Shown here one piece after another: positions 1-12,564 of a stretch of 64,000 bases of DNA; the first letter of the stretch is position 1, and the number at the start of each line of letters is the position of its first letter. Source of the DNA: an uncultured Verrucomicrobiae bacterium. GTDB taxonomy: Bacteria; Verrucomicrobiota; Verrucomicrobiia; Chthoniobacterales; Terrimicrobiaceae. The notes under the pieces are model-generated. The model was not told where the DNA came from, searched no databases, and saw only the letters and a program-made list of their open reading frames with translations. The translations under genes were made by a program, and so were the position numbers. The stretch covers positions 1-64,000 of the forward strand of contig CAVPOC010000003.1 of assembly GCA_963706955.1 (NCBI GenBank), given 5' to 3'.

Positions 1-799
1 CTATTACGATGTGCTCAGGCGACCGGACGGCACCGCTGATTACCTGCGAACCCGCTCAATGGTGGGACTCACTCCTCTCTTTGCTGTTGAAAGCTTTAGC
101 ACCGATATGGCGAGGAAGTTTCCAATCCTGCGCAAGCGGGTGCAGTGGTTTCGTGACCGTCGCCCGCATCTGCTCGACCAGCTTCATCATATCGGCGTCG
201 AGGTGCAAGGGCGCCGGTTGGTTTCGCTCGTTCCACCAGAACGGCTCCGCAGGATTTGCGAACGCCTCTTTGATGAAAGCGAATTCTTGGCTCCACATGG
301 GATCCGTGCGCTTTCCCGTTATTACCTTGATCATCCCTACACGTTCACCGAAGCGGGCGAGACAGAAACGCTTCGCTACACTCCAGCGGCAGTTCGAGTG
401 GCTATGTTTGGCGGCAACTCGAATTGGCGCGGTCCGGTCTGGATGCCAATGAACTACCTTTTGATCGAAGCGCTCCAGAAATTCGGCTTCTATTTCGGGG
501 ATACCTTCAAGGTGGAATTCCCAACCGGCAGCGGACGGCAGATGAATCTCTGGGAGGCCTCACTCGAACTTCAACGAAGGCTCGTCTCGTTGTTCGAGCG
601 CGGTCCCGACGGGCGACGACCTTTCAATGGGGAAAACGAGTTCTTCCAGAACGATCCACACTGGCGCGACCACATCCTCTTCAACGAATACTTCAATGGT
701 GACAATGGCACCGGTGTGGGGGCCAGCCATCAAACCGGCTGGACCGCCCTCATCGCGAAGATGATCCGGCAGCTCCACACCTTCGATCGCAACACCTAG
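1..799 (+). CDS. Glycoside hydrolase family 63-like (MGH1-like) glucosidase, C-terminal part; 5' end outside window
   Basis: Motifs RSMVGLTPLFAV, FGGNSNWRGPVW and EYFNGDNGTGVGASHQTGWTAL typical of bacterial GH63-like glucosidases; stop at 797-799. Confidence 0.85.
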   Translation, partial: YYDVLRRPDGTADYLRTRSMVGLTPLFAVESFSTDMARKFPILRKRVQWFRDRRPHLLDQLHHIGVEVQGRRLVSLVPPERLRRICERLFDESEFLAPHGIRALSRYYLDHPYTFTEAGETETLRYTPAAVRVAMFGGNSNWRGPVWMPMNYLLIEALQKFGFYFGDTFKVEFPTGSGRQMNLWEASLELQRRLVSLFERGPDGRRPFNGENEFFQNDPHWRDHILFNEYFNGDNGTGVGASHQTGWTALIAKMIRQLHTFDRNT

Positions 800-847
800 A
801 ATTTTGCTGGTCCCGAGTGTGGTCGCCGCTCAGGACTTGCAGCCGCT

Positions 848-905
848 GTCGTGGCGGTGTCCCCCACCGCCGGGAGTCCTCGACCGTGTGGGATACGGCC
901 GCTAC
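848..905. repeat. Inverted doublet of GTAG-type REP-like elements (family A)
   Basis: gtcgtggcggtgtcccccaccgccg followed by inverted cgaccgtgtgggatacggccgctac; matches copies at 12385, 13067 and 22559; lies between convergent genes. Confidence 0.7.
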
Positions 906-1012
906 AATCGCGCGCCGCTTGGCGTCTGGCTAGTGGTAATGGTTCGGCAGGCGATTGGGACCGTCCGAAACGCTGGCGCGTCGCCTGCGGTCGTGGCCCC
1001 GCCGCTATGCAG

Positions 1013-3345
1013 TTAGGCTGCCAAAGGAGTTGAGCGTTCGAGGGGCTCGCGCTCCTGGGCGCGCTTCGCATTAAGTTTGACCAGAAGCCACATCCCGCCG
1101 ACATAGGCGAACGTTCCAAACGGAATCAACAGCCCTTCCCACGTCGGATACAATCCCAACCAAACCCCCATCCACGCCGGCAATTCCAGACCTGGAACCG
1201 GATGAACAGGAAGCCAACCCACGGTTTGGAATAACCTGACCGTGGATCCCATGAAGGTAAACAAGACAAAGATCACGAGGACCCCGGTGATAACAAGCAT
1301 TCGACGGTAGGGAAGCTTCGCCCCGATCGAAAACACAGCCAGTCCGACCACTCCAATAAAGAGTCCACCGATGGCCAAGCCGAGGAGGACAGGACGCATT
1401 CCCGCCTCGAGAATGAGCGACTGCATGAACAGGGTTGTTTCGAAGCCTTCTCGAAAGATCGTCACGAAGCCCACACCCACCAGCGCGAGACCTTCCCAAC
1501 GCGTCTGTTGTTGCCGCTGCGCGGCCTTGCTCAGAGTGCGCAAACGCGCGTTCCATCCCGTCCAGTAATCTTTATGAAAAACCCAATTGGTGACGATGAG
1601 CAGAACGACGACGGCGACGACGGAAATGACTGCTTCCAACGTCTCACCGTAGTGGGAAAGGCCCTGCAAAAGCGTGCGCGAGGCTACAAAATCACTGCCG
1701 TGACACCCAGCGCCAGCCAAGCCCCGGCGCCGATGCGCTTACGAATACTCGCGTTTTCCACGCCGCGCAGTCCTGCGAGGAGAGCGGCGAGAATAACGAC
1801 TGCTTCCAAACCTTCCCGAGCAACGATGAAAATCGCGCCGATGACTGCGGCGGTGGGCGAAAGACCTACCTTGACGAGAGCACTGCATTCTTCCAGCGCA
1901 TCCAGGGCCCGCTGATACGCCGCCGTGAGCTCCTCTCCGGTAAGTCGCGCATCCAAGACGGCCTTGATCCCTGGTTCGCCGACCTGGCCGTCCAGAAAAG
2001 CTTTCTCGGCCCGGACGGCAAGCGCAGGATCACGCGGCAATGTCCGCGACTCTATCTCCAGATCGAAATTGATGTAAGCATCGAGACGAAGCTGCTCTGC
2101 CTTCCGCCAGAGCTTGCCCTGGGCCGCAGAAAGGGACTGTCCCAAGAGCGAGCGGACTTCCAGGGCCGTTTCGGCAACGACATCGCTTCCCATGCCCGAA
2201 CGCTTTAAAGTCAGGCCGAAGTCTTGCTGGAGCAGCTTGGAGGCTCGGGAGACAAAATTATCGATTTCGGATTGAGCCGTCTTTCCTTCGATGGCACCTT
2301 CCAGGCCTTCCAGCGCGCCCAGAAGATCAGGACCGTTCTTTTCCAGCGCCTCCGCCTTGGTTTGGCGCCACACTGGCATCAATTCATTGACGATCTGGCG
2401 CGTCTGAATGGTAAAACTTTTCGCCTCCCGATATTCAATCGGAATGGTTATCTCCCCATCACGCACCCCCGACTGGTATTCTTTCGGAATCAGTCGAAGA
2501 AGCTTGAGCACGATTCGCTCACGGCGCTCAACGTCCTCGGGACTTAGCAAGTTGGGATAACCTGCCTCCAGAGACAGCCGCCATTGCGCGGCCAAATTCG
2601 ACAGCTGACTGGAGTTCTCTCGGGCTCCCGCGAGAAGGGAGGCAAAGTCGCTTTCGTTTTGCAAGTTAATCGGGGCCGTCGATTTGGTTGCGAGCTGCTG
2701 GAGCGATTCTGGCAGCTGGGACAGTCCCTGAATCTCTGCGGCACGGGCGTAGATAAGCTCGGCGGTCGCGCGATTCTCGTGGATGAGCCGGATGAGCGCG
2801 TCGGCCTTCTCGCGAGCGCGAGTGATCTGCCAGACCACATATTCTTTTGCGAGCAGTCTGCTGACCTCGGTCCGCTGCGTAGGGCTGCCGCCGAGCCGCT
2901 GGAGCGCGAGGGCGCCTTCTACCGAATTGGCGAATTTGGGAAGACGAATGATCGAGCGCCATTCGCGCGCCGCATCGATGTTTCCGGTGCGCTGATTGCT
3001 AATCATCTCCAGCGCCGCAACGTGCTGAAGCCGCGCTTGCATGAACCCCACGGCCTCTGCGGTCAGGAACAATCCTTCCTCGGAGACAGGAAGTGGTGTG
3101 TTCCAAAGTTGCCGCGCCTCCGAATTGGTCAGGATCTGGCCGAACTGTTCGCGGGCTTGCTGCAAGCTCTCTTCAATCGCCGGTGACCAGCGGCCGCCGT
3201 GGATATCCAAGAGGGCCTCGTCAAATGCGTTCTGCAAAACGGCAGATTCGTCGATCGCATCGGCTCGGAGGCTGGCCAGAGAAACGAGGACGCTCAGGAA
3301 GATGATCAGCCCTCGCCCCACGCACGATCGTTTTCTGCACTTCAT
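1013..3345 (-). CDS. FTR1-family iron permease with large N-terminal periplasmic domain; split by one indel near 1688-1691
   Basis: Two RExxE motifs (REGLE in ORF 1684..3372, REGFE in ORF 1013..1720) and NWVFHK; the ORFs join if one T is added to a homopolymer (VTAVIF-VASRTLL). Confidence 0.85.
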
Positions 3346-3374
3346 GAGAATTGCGGCTCCCGGCCGCCTCAAAC

Positions 3375-4394
3375 TCAGCTCTCGACCTTTACACCTGCGA
3401 CGGCGGCACTTTGTTCAATCTGCGGGACGAGCTTGTCCGTCTTCTCCTTGGCCTGCGTCGCCAACTCGTCAATCTCCGCTCCCTTTATCTCCCCCTGCTT
3501 TTCGCGTTTCTCGATGGTATCAAGAAAGCTCATGATACCCTTGAAACCGAGGTCGACTGACTTGGCGAGAGACTTGTCCTTTTCGGCGACTTGTCCCTCG
3601 ACCGCCTCAAACATGACCTGACAGCTACCCATGATTCCACGCATATCGGAAACGCGACTGACCGCCTGAAAGCGCCCCGACTTCTCCTTTGCATAACGAG
3701 ATTCCTTCCAATCTTCAAAATAGTCCGAAAGCGTCGGGGTCATTACGATCATTGCACCGAAACAGTCGGCCACGGAAGCATTCCATGCCTTGGCGTCAGA
3801 GAGCAACAAGCCGAGCTTCCGGTTTACATCCTTGGCAGCAGCAGCCAAGACCTCTGGGCGCGGGAGCAGCTTCTTACCTCCATCGACAGGTGTCACCCAA
3901 CGTGTATCTCCTCCCCAGAGCATTGGTTCGATTATGTAGGTGAACAGAGCGCCTTGCTTATCGATATTTTGACCGTTTCCGAGGTCCAATACCACGGCAG
4001 CCACATCCTCCGGTCCTTCGGAGGCGGGAACTCCCGCATCCAAATAAATGTCGTATTCGGCCATAGTGGGAACTCCGGCGACAATTCCCTCGATCGTCTC
4101 GTAGCCAAAGCTATCCATCGCTTTATAGTTCTCCTGCATCTTCGCGATGAGTTTATCGATCTTTTTGGGATCAGCTTTATACGCCGCCTCGACAGAACCT
4201 CCGTTCGCTGCGACCAGCTTCGAGTAGGCCTCGCTATTCGCCACGAAATCCTCGGAAGCCGCCTTTATTTTTTCGAGACCCTTGAGCAGATAGCCCTTCA
4301 CGCTCGCAGCTGTCTCATCGCCGTTGGCGCGAGGTCCGAAAACACCCAGGAAAACTAAAACCGACATCAGGAGAAACCGAGAACTGATCTTCAT
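3375..4394 (-). CDS. Secreted imelysin/EfeO-like iron-uptake protein
   Basis: Signal peptide MKISSRFLLMSVLVFLG...ANG; GYETIEGIVAG..YDIYLD resembles the EfeO/imelysin YERIE..LD region; directly upstream of FTR1. Confidence 0.65.
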   Translation of the reverse strand: MKISSRFLLMSVLVFLGVFGPRANGDETAASVKGYLLKGLEKIKAASEDFVANSEAYSKLVAANGGSVEAAYKADPKKIDKLIAKMQENYKAMDSFGYETIEGIVAGVPTMAEYDIYLDAGVPASEGPEDVAAVVLDLGNGQNIDKQGALFTYIIEPMLWGGDTRWVTPVDGGKKLLPRPEVLAAAAKDVNRKLGLLLSDAKAWNASVADCFGAMIVMTPTLSDYFEDWKESRYAKEKSGRFQAVSRVSDMRGIMGSCQVMFEAVEGQVAEKDKSLAKSVDLGFKGIMSFLDTIEKREKQGEIKGAEIDELATQAKEKTDKLVPQIEQSAAVAGVKVES

Positions 4395-4413
4395 ATTGAG
4401 AATGAGTATCAAT
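4395..4413. promoter_or_regulatory. Fur box-like operator
   Basis: attgagaatgagtatcaat contains TGAGAAT-G-AGTATCA, two mismatches to the 7-1-7 Fur consensus TGATAAT-n-ATTATCA; abuts the ATG of the iron-uptake operon. Confidence 0.75.
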
Positions 4414-4483
4414 TTCTAAGACAGGATGTGGTTTGCGCAAGAGAAAATCGGAGGGCTTTTTTAGTTTGGGGATTCGCCGAGCT

Positions 4484-4900
4484 TTAGGTGCCGGCGACGA
4501 GGAGATCGACGGTTCGCGTATGTGCGGCCCTGCGGTGCTCAAAGACGAAGATGCCCTGCCAGGTTCCCAAGGTCATTTGCCCGTCGACGATTGGGATCAC
4601 TTCACTCGTCCGGGTCAGGGCCATGCGCAGATGACTCGTCGTATCGTCGGGACCTTCGAGAGTATGAACGTAGTCGCCAGACTCCGGGGCAATTTTCTCG
4701 AAGTAGCGGTGGAGATCCGTTCTGGCGCTGGAGTCGGCGTTCTCGTAGATGACGAGGCTGGCGCTGGTATGGCGAATGAAGATGGTCACGGTGCCTGTTT
4801 CGACGCCACTTTCGCGCACGGTTTTGGCGACCTCCTCGGTAATTTCGTAGGTTCCCTTACCGCGCGTGCGAATCGAGAGCTCGGCGTGTTTAGCGATCAT
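4484..4900 (-). CDS. yjbQ: YjbQ/UPF0047 family protein (secondary thiamine-phosphate synthase)
   Basis: HTSASLVIYENAD, YVHTLEGPDDTTSHLR and LGTWQGIFVFEH motifs; start overlaps the stop of the upstream gene. Confidence 0.9.
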   Translation of the reverse strand: MIAKHAELSIRTRGKGTYEITEEVAKTVRESGVETGTVTIFIRHTSASLVIYENADSSARTDLHRYFEKIAPESGDYVHTLEGPDDTTSHLRMALTRTSEVIPIVDGQMTLGTWQGIFVFEHRRAAHTRTVDLLVAGT

Positions 4901-5235
4901 TGCGGCTTGATGACAACGAGCAGCCAGCCGGCCAGAAACAACAAGCCGCCAATCGGCGTGATCGCGCCAAGCCAACGAATATTGGTGACCGCCAGAAGAT
5001 ACAAGGAACCGGAAAAGATCACGATTCCCGCTGCCCAGATCCAGACGACGGTGGGGTTTCGTCCGGCGGCCCACAAGGCAGCTACCGCGTGCACAAGATG
5101 GTAAAGGACTGCGGTCTGCCAGATAGAGCTGGTTTGATTGGCGTTCAGAAGCGATGCCAGTTGGTGAGCGCCGAAAGCTCCCAAAGCAACGCCCAGAAAT
5201 CCGAGCACGCCTGCGATTTGAATGGCAAGTTGCAT
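4897..5235 (-). CDS. DUF423 (YgdD/TMEM256) membrane protein
   Basis: GAFGAH, WQTAVLYHLVH, IFSGSLY and LGAITPIGG signatures. Confidence 0.9.
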   Translation of the reverse strand: MQLAIQIAGVLGFLGVALGAFGAHQLASLLNANQTSSIWQTAVLYHLVHAVAALWAAGRNPTVVWIWAAGIVIFSGSLYLLAVTNIRWLGAITPIGGLLFLAGWLLVVIKPQ

Positions 5236-5265
5236 AAAATGAAATACCCCGAAAGCAGACGAGTT

Positions 5266-5330
5266 GTAGGGGCCCATCTCTCAAGCGCCCAGCGAAATAT
5301 CCAATGGCGCTTGGCACAAGCGTCTCCACA
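5266..5330. repeat. REP-like doublet (family B)
   Basis: gtaggggccc..caagcgcc then ggcgcttggcacaagcgtctccaca; near-identical 25-mers at 12496-12520 and 52202-52226. Confidence 0.65.
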
Positions 5331-5531
5331 AGTGGTTCTGAATTCGTCCTCGCGGCGTCTGACGGGAAATTTTTCCAGCTCATGCAGTTCATGAGATCTT
5401 TTGGGTCCACAGATTAACACCGATGGATTTCTGTAAATCAGTCGAAATTTGTGCAATCTCTGGATAGCCAGACAGGGCCGCCAAGCCACTCACCGGTCCG
5501 TTGGATCTGACCTCAGAAATACGTTCCTCCC

Positions 5532-6401
5532 GTGCCCAAACGAGCTTCATCTGCACCTGCCGAACGGTCCATTGCCAAGTCGCTGCGCGAGTATGCACGG
5601 GGGATAGCGGGCGGACTGATGTTCAGCCTGCCGTTGCTTTACACAATGGAAATGTGGTGGGCGGGATTTACCAGTCAGCCGGAGCGGCTACTTCTTTATG
5701 TCGCGGCGACTTTCGCTCTGTTAATCGGTTATAATCGTTACGCCGGGATGCGCCAGGATGCTAGCTGGGTCGAGGTCGCAATCGATTCCGTGGAGGAAAT
5801 GGGGCTCGGCCTAGTAACGGCTGGGCTGATGCTTTTCCTGCTCGGACAGATCACGTCTGAGATGGAGCTGAACGAGATCGTCGGAAAGCTCATCATGGAA
5901 GCCATGACGGTGGCAATTGGCGTGTCGGTCGGCACGTCTCAACTCGGGGGTGGTGCCGCCGCCGATGAGCGAGACAAAGGTGTCAAAAAAGGCTCGGCGC
6001 CGCCGGAGGCGGATTTCAGCAACCAGCTTGTCCTTGCTCTTTGCGGTGCAGTGCTCTTTGCTGCCAATGTCGCGCCGACAGAGGAGATCGTCCTGGTCGC
6101 GCATTCCATCTCGGCCTGGCGGCTGATCGGTCTTGCGCTCCTATCGATCGCCTTAAGCGCACTGATTTTATTCTATAGCGAGTTTCGTGGATCAAAACGG
6201 TTCGCTGCCAAGGCGGGAGCAATGCATGTTATTTTGATGACCGCCGTTTCCTACGTCATCGCTTTGCTTGCTTCGCTGACCATCCTCTGGTTCTTCGGTC
6301 GCTTGGACGGTGAGCCGATCATCACCATCGTCGGCCAGACCGTAGTGCTTGGTGTGGCCGCAGCGCTGGGAGCATCCGCCGGACGCCTGCTCCTGCAATG
6401 A
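5532..6401 (+). CDS. TIGR02587-family integral membrane protein
   Basis: RGIAGGLMFSLPLLYTMEMWW, ANVAPTEEI and C-terminal LGASAGRLL. Confidence 0.85.
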   Translation: MPKRASSAPAERSIAKSLREYARGIAGGLMFSLPLLYTMEMWWAGFTSQPERLLLYVAATFALLIGYNRYAGMRQDASWVEVAIDSVEEMGLGLVTAGLMLFLLGQITSEMELNEIVGKLIMEAMTVAIGVSVGTSQLGGGAAADERDKGVKKGSAPPEADFSNQLVLALCGAVLFAANVAPTEEIVLVAHSISAWRLIGLALLSIALSALILFYSEFRGSKRFAAKAGAMHVILMTAVSYVIALLASLTILWFFGRLDGEPIITIVGQTVVLGVAAALGASAGRLLLQ

Positions 6402-6781
6402 CCAAGCTGGAGAAAAACTGGCTGGAGTGGATATGTTTTGCCATCAGTTTCCTGTTGGTCATCGGCTTAATTGGCTACCTGCTTTACACCGCCGTGACCA
6501 CCGGCAAGTCGCCAGCACACATCGAGCTCCAGTTGGGTCCACCACAGGAACGTGGCGGGAAGTTTTTCATCAATGTCGTCGCGGAAAACCGCGGCGAGCA
6601 GACGGCCGAAGGCGTTTACGTCGAGGTCGTGCTCAAGGCTAATGGCAAGGAAGAACGGGGAATGTTCGTCATCGATCGTTTACCCAGGCAGGGCAAACGT
6701 CGGGGAATCGTCACTTTCGAGACGGATCCTCGCCTGGCCTCTACCGTGGAGGCACGCGCCCTCGGATACGCAGAGCCGTAG
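6398..6781 (+). CDS. TIGR02588-family protein
   Basis: NWLEW + TM helix, NRGEQTAEGV, C-terminal GYAEP; ATGA overlap with the TIGR02587 gene. Confidence 0.8.
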   Translation: MTKLEKNWLEWICFAISFLLVIGLIGYLLYTAVTTGKSPAHIELQLGPPQERGGKFFINVVAENRGEQTAEGVYVEVVLKANGKEERGMFVIDRLPRQGKRRGIVTFETDPRLASTVEARALGYAEP

Positions 6782-7006
6782 CCCGTTTCTTTTCGTTCGG
6801 CGTTATCGCCGGCAAGAAGGCTTTGATCTTTCAGGAAATACCTCTAAAGCTGAGCTTTATTGCCGAGAAACGGAAGACGAGAACAATGCTTAGCGAGTCA
6901 TCTGGGGAGCTTGTCATCGTCGACGCTCTGTTCGGACGCAAGAGCGAAAGCGGATGAACCAAGCAAATCACTGCCGCAGTGACCGTGTCCGCGCCGCGGC
7001 GCTCCT

Positions 7007-7990
7007 TTACCGATTGACCAGCGCCATCATTGCTTCTGCGTAACGTTCTCCCTGGGCAGCGCCCGGCGGGAAGAGGTTGTCGATCTGGGCCAACTCGTCT
7101 GCGCTTAAACTTATGTCGACGGCACCCAAGTTGTCCTCGAGATAGCGAACGCGCTTTGTGCCAGGAATCGGGACGATATCGTCACCCTGCGCCAGCACCC
7201 AGCTGAGCGCCAACTGCGCGGGCGAGCAGCCTTTTCTTTCGGCAAGATTCTTGACGTGTTCCGCCAGGCGCAGATTGGTTTCGAAGGCTTCCCCTTGAAA
7301 GCGCGGATTGGTGTGCCGCCAGTCATCGCTTGAGAGGTCAGAGGGCTTCTGAATTGCTCCGGTCAGAAAGCCCCGCCCAAGCGGGCTGTAGGCAACGAAG
7401 CCGATGCCCAGCTCCCGGCAGGTGGCCAGCGTGCCATTGCGCTCGATGTCACGCGACCAAAGCGAGTATTCCGACTGGAGAGCAGCAATGGGATGGACGG
7501 TGTGAGCACGTCTGAGAGTATCAGGACCCGCTTCCGAAAGTCCGAGCTGGCGCACCTTGCCTGCGCGCACCAATTCGGCCATCGCACCGACAGTCTCCTC
7601 GATGGGCACCGCGGGATCAACACGGTGTTGGTAATAAAGATCGATGGTGTCAATTCCCAACCGCTTCAGACTACCCTCACAAGCCTTGCGAACGTTTGCA
7701 GGCGAGCTATCGATCCCCTGGATGGCCCCGTTTTCGATGCGAAAGCCGAACTTCGTCGCGACGACAACTTGCTCTCGCTGTATCTCCCGCAAGAAGCGAC
7801 CTAAAAGTTCCTCGTTCTTGTAAGGACCATAAATCTCCGCGGTATCGAGAAAGTTACCGCCGAGCTCAAGGTAGCGGCGCAACACCGCCAACGATTCTGA
7901 TTCGTCGGTCGGACCGTAGGCGTAGGACATTCCCATGCATCCCAGACCCAGCGACGAAACCTCCAGTGAACCTAGTTTACGAATTTTCAT
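7007..7990 (-). CDS. Aldo/keto reductase
   Basis: [32 protein letters not shown]. Confidence 0.95.
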   Translation of the reverse strand: MKIRKLGSLEVSSLGLGCMGMSYAYGPTDESESLAVLRRYLELGGNFLDTAEIYGPYKNEELLGRFLREIQREQVVVATKFGFRIENGAIQGIDSSPANVRKACEGSLKRLGIDTIDLYYQHRVDPAVPIEETVGAMAELVRAGKVRQLGLSEAGPDTLRRAHTVHPIAALQSEYSLWSRDIERNGTLATCRELGIGFVAYSPLGRGFLTGAIQKPSDLSSDDWRHTNPRFQGEAFETNLRLAEHVKNLAERKGCSPAQLALSWVLAQGDDIVPIPGTKRVRYLEDNLGAVDISLSADELAQIDNLFPPGAAQGERYAEAMMALVNR

Positions 7991-8084
7991 AGAAAACCTC
8001 GGCCAAAGCTACACCAAGGAGGAAGGTCGCAAGAGAGGTTTCGCCGACCTGATGCCGAGTTACGCAGGACGTCCGAGAAATCGA

Positions 8085-8831
8085 TTACATGCTCATGCCG
8101 CCATCGACGGCCAGCACCTGACCGGTGATGAAGGAGGCCTCTGGGCTCGCCAGGAAGGCGACCGCCGCGGCGATGTCTTCGGCCACGCCAAAGCGTGTCA
8201 ATGGAATCTGCGCCAAGGCGGCCTTGCGGACATTCTCGTTCAACGCCGACGTCATGTCAGTTTCGACGAAACCTGGTGCGACGACATTGGCGGTGATGTT
8301 TCGGCTGGCCAGTTCGCGCGCGAGCGTCTTGGTGAAGCCAACTAGCCCGGCCTTGCTTGCGGCATAGTTTGCTTGTCCAGCGAGGCCGATCAACCCGCTC
8401 ACCGAGCTGATATTGATAATGCGGCCCTTGCGCTGCTTGACCATGGCGCGCAGAATGGCTCGAGAAAAATTGAAAGCACCCTTAAGATTGGTGTCAACTA
8501 CCAGGTCCCAATCTTCCGAGCTCATGCGCATGATCAGCGTGTCCCGCGTAATGCCCGCATTGTTGACGAGCACATCGCAGCGGCCGAAATCCGCCAGGAT
8601 GGCCTCACCAGTTTTCTGAACCGCATCAAAATCCGCGACATCGACGGCGTAGGGTTTGGCCAGATCGGGCGCAATGCCACTAATCGTCTCAGCCGTTTTC
8701 CGGGCATTAGCTTCTGTGCGACTGACAACCGCAATACGAGCTCCTTCTTCCGCGAGGCGCCGAGCGATCGCTTCGCCGATTCCGCGCCCGGCGCCGGTAA
8801 CTATCGCCACCTGATTCTCAAATCGTTTCAT
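8085..8831 (-). CDS. fabG: 3-oxoacyl-ACP reductase
   Basis: TGAGRGIG, NNAGITRD, GQANYAASKAG, C-terminal VDGGM. Confidence 0.92.
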   Translation of the reverse strand: MKRFENQVAIVTGAGRGIGEAIARRLAEEGARIAVVSRTEANARKTAETISGIAPDLAKPYAVDVADFDAVQKTGEAILADFGRCDVLVNNAGITRDTLIMRMSSEDWDLVVDTNLKGAFNFSRAILRAMVKQRKGRIINISSVSGLIGLAGQANYAASKAGLVGFTKTLARELASRNITANVVAPGFVETDMTSALNENVRKAALAQIPLTRFGVAEDIAAAVAFLASPEASFITGQVLAVDGGMSM

Positions 8832-8873
8832 AATGCTTCCCTGGCTCGGTCCGCGGTGCCCACGCGCAGCTCC

Positions 8874-10031
8874 TCACACTTTCACCCAGCTGCGGGTTCG
8901 GGAGCTCTCCTCGATGGCGGCGAGCACCTTTTCGTTCTTCAGGCCTTCTTCAAATTGTGGCTGCACGCTCTTTCCGTCCACGACCGCCTTAACGAAGTCT
9001 GCGAAGGTATTGGTGAAGGTGTGCTCATAGCCGATGATGTGGCCCGGCGGCCACCAGGCGGAGCCGTAGGGATGTTTAGGCTCAGTGACAAGAATGTCGC
9101 GGAATCCCCGGGCGTCTTCCGGGTCATCGAGGTTGTAAAACTGCAGCCGATTCATTTCCTCGAAATTAAAGAAGAGCGATCCCTTGCTCCCATTGATCTC
9201 GAGGGTGATGTGGTTCTTGCGTCCGTGCGCAAAGCGGGTGGCTTCAAAATTCGCAATCGCGCCATTCTTGAAACGACCGATCCAGGAAACGGCATCATCC
9301 ACCGTCACTTTGCCGAACTTCTTGCCGGCCTTGGCTCCAAGCCCCTTGCCCACTTTTTCGAGGATCGGCCGCTTCTTGACGAAAGTCTCCAGGAGCCCGC
9401 AGACTTCACTAATGTCGCCGACCACATACCGGGCCATGTCGATTATGTGCGAGTTAATGTCACCATTCGTCCCGGAACCGGAAACCTTTTCCTGAAGACG
9501 CCAAACCAAGGGGAAATTCGGATCCGCAATCCAGTCCTGGGCATAGCGCGCCCGGACGTGATAGATGCGATCCCCCAAGTCGCCGCGCTCGAGCATTCGC
9601 CTGGCATGGGCAATCGCTGGAATCCGGCGGTAGTTGTGACACACCATGTTAACAACCTTGGCCTTCTTGACGGCCGCCACCATTTGCTCGCACTCGGCAA
9701 CATTGATCGCCAACGGCTTCTCGCAAAGAATCGCTTTTCGGTTCCTGGCTGCCTCCAGAGCGATTTCGCAGTGGCTGTCGTTGGGCGTACAAATGTCGAC
9801 GATATCAATGTTCGCGTCGCTGACAACCGCCCGCCAATCCGTGCTGGCATTCTGCCAGCCGAGCTGCTCACGGGCCGCCTCAACGTTCTTGGGCGACCGC
9901 CCGCAAATTGTGTGCAGCACCACGTCGGCAGGCAGATCGAAGAACTTGGGAGCCTGACGCCAGGCATTCGAATGCGCCTTGCCCATGAAGTTGTAACCAA
10001 TCATTCCGACATTCAGAGAGCGTCTAGCCAT
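8874..10031 (-). CDS. Gfo/Idh/MocA oxidoreductase
   Basis: GYNFMGKAHS, CEKPLA and WWPPGHIIGYEH. Confidence 0.9.
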   Translation of the reverse strand: MARRSLNVGMIGYNFMGKAHSNAWRQAPKFFDLPADVVLHTICGRSPKNVEAAREQLGWQNASTDWRAVVSDANIDIVDICTPNDSHCEIALEAARNRKAILCEKPLAINVAECEQMVAAVKKAKVVNMVCHNYRRIPAIAHARRMLERGDLGDRIYHVRARYAQDWIADPNFPLVWRLQEKVSGSGTNGDINSHIIDMARYVVGDISEVCGLLETFVKKRPILEKVGKGLGAKAGKKFGKVTVDDAVSWIGRFKNGAIANFEATRFAHGRKNHITLEINGSKGSLFFNFEEMNRLQFYNLDDPEDARGFRDILVTEPKHPYGSAWWPPGHIIGYEHTFTNTFADFVKAVVDGKSVQPQFEEGLKNEKVLAAIEESSRTRSWVKV

Positions 10032-10141
10032 AGCAAGAAGGGGAAGTTCTTCACTTCAACAAATGCGATCGCGTCTGAAAACAAAAAACCGTCTCGGTCA
10101 CCGGCAAAGCGGGGGCCAGCCAGAAATGACCTCGCACTGGA

Positions 10142-10169
10142 TTGACGAATCGAAGGAATGGTTTATCAT
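10142..10169 (+). promoter_or_regulatory. Sigma70-like promoter for the thiC leader
   Basis: TTGACG-N16-TATCAT immediately before the riboswitch. Confidence 0.55.
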
Positions 10170-10175
10170 TCCAGA

Positions 10176-10272
10176 ACGCAGGGGAGCTTACACAGCTGAG
10201 AGTCCCGATCGGCAAATCGATTTAGGGAGACCCTTGGAACCTGATCCGGCTAAAACCGGCGTAGGGAGCAGA
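10176..10272 (+). ncRNA. TPP riboswitch
   Basis: AGGGG..GCTGAGA..GACCCTTGGAACCTGATCCGGCTAAAACCGGCGTAGGGA core, upstream of thiC. Confidence 0.95.
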
Positions 10273-10284
10273 GATGAGTTCTAA

Positions 10285-12372
<2,088 letters not shown>

Positions 12373-12384
12373 GCTCGCTGCGTT

Positions 12385-12520
12385 GTAGCGACCGTGTCCC
12401 CACGGTCGAGGCGGCGGTTTGGCAGCGGCGATGTCCTCATCGCTACAACGAGACAAGTTATACGGGAGGGTGCCAGGTGCCCGGCAAAATCCACAGGCGC
12501 TTGGCACAAGCGCCTCCACA
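12385..12520. repeat. Cluster of REP-like elements (two family A, one family B)
   Basis: gtagcgaccgtgtccccacggtcg; gcagcggcgatgtcctcatcgctac; ggcgcttggcacaagcgcctccaca. Confidence 0.75.
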
Positions 12521-12564
12521 AATTTTTCGAGCGGCCCCGCGCATCATCGATGCTTTAGCGCATC

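Noticed and set aside
8373..10145. Long antisense ORFs (also 24154..25830 and 41427..43496)
   Set aside because: Shadow frames of well-supported genes in GC-rich DNA; no recognisable motifs
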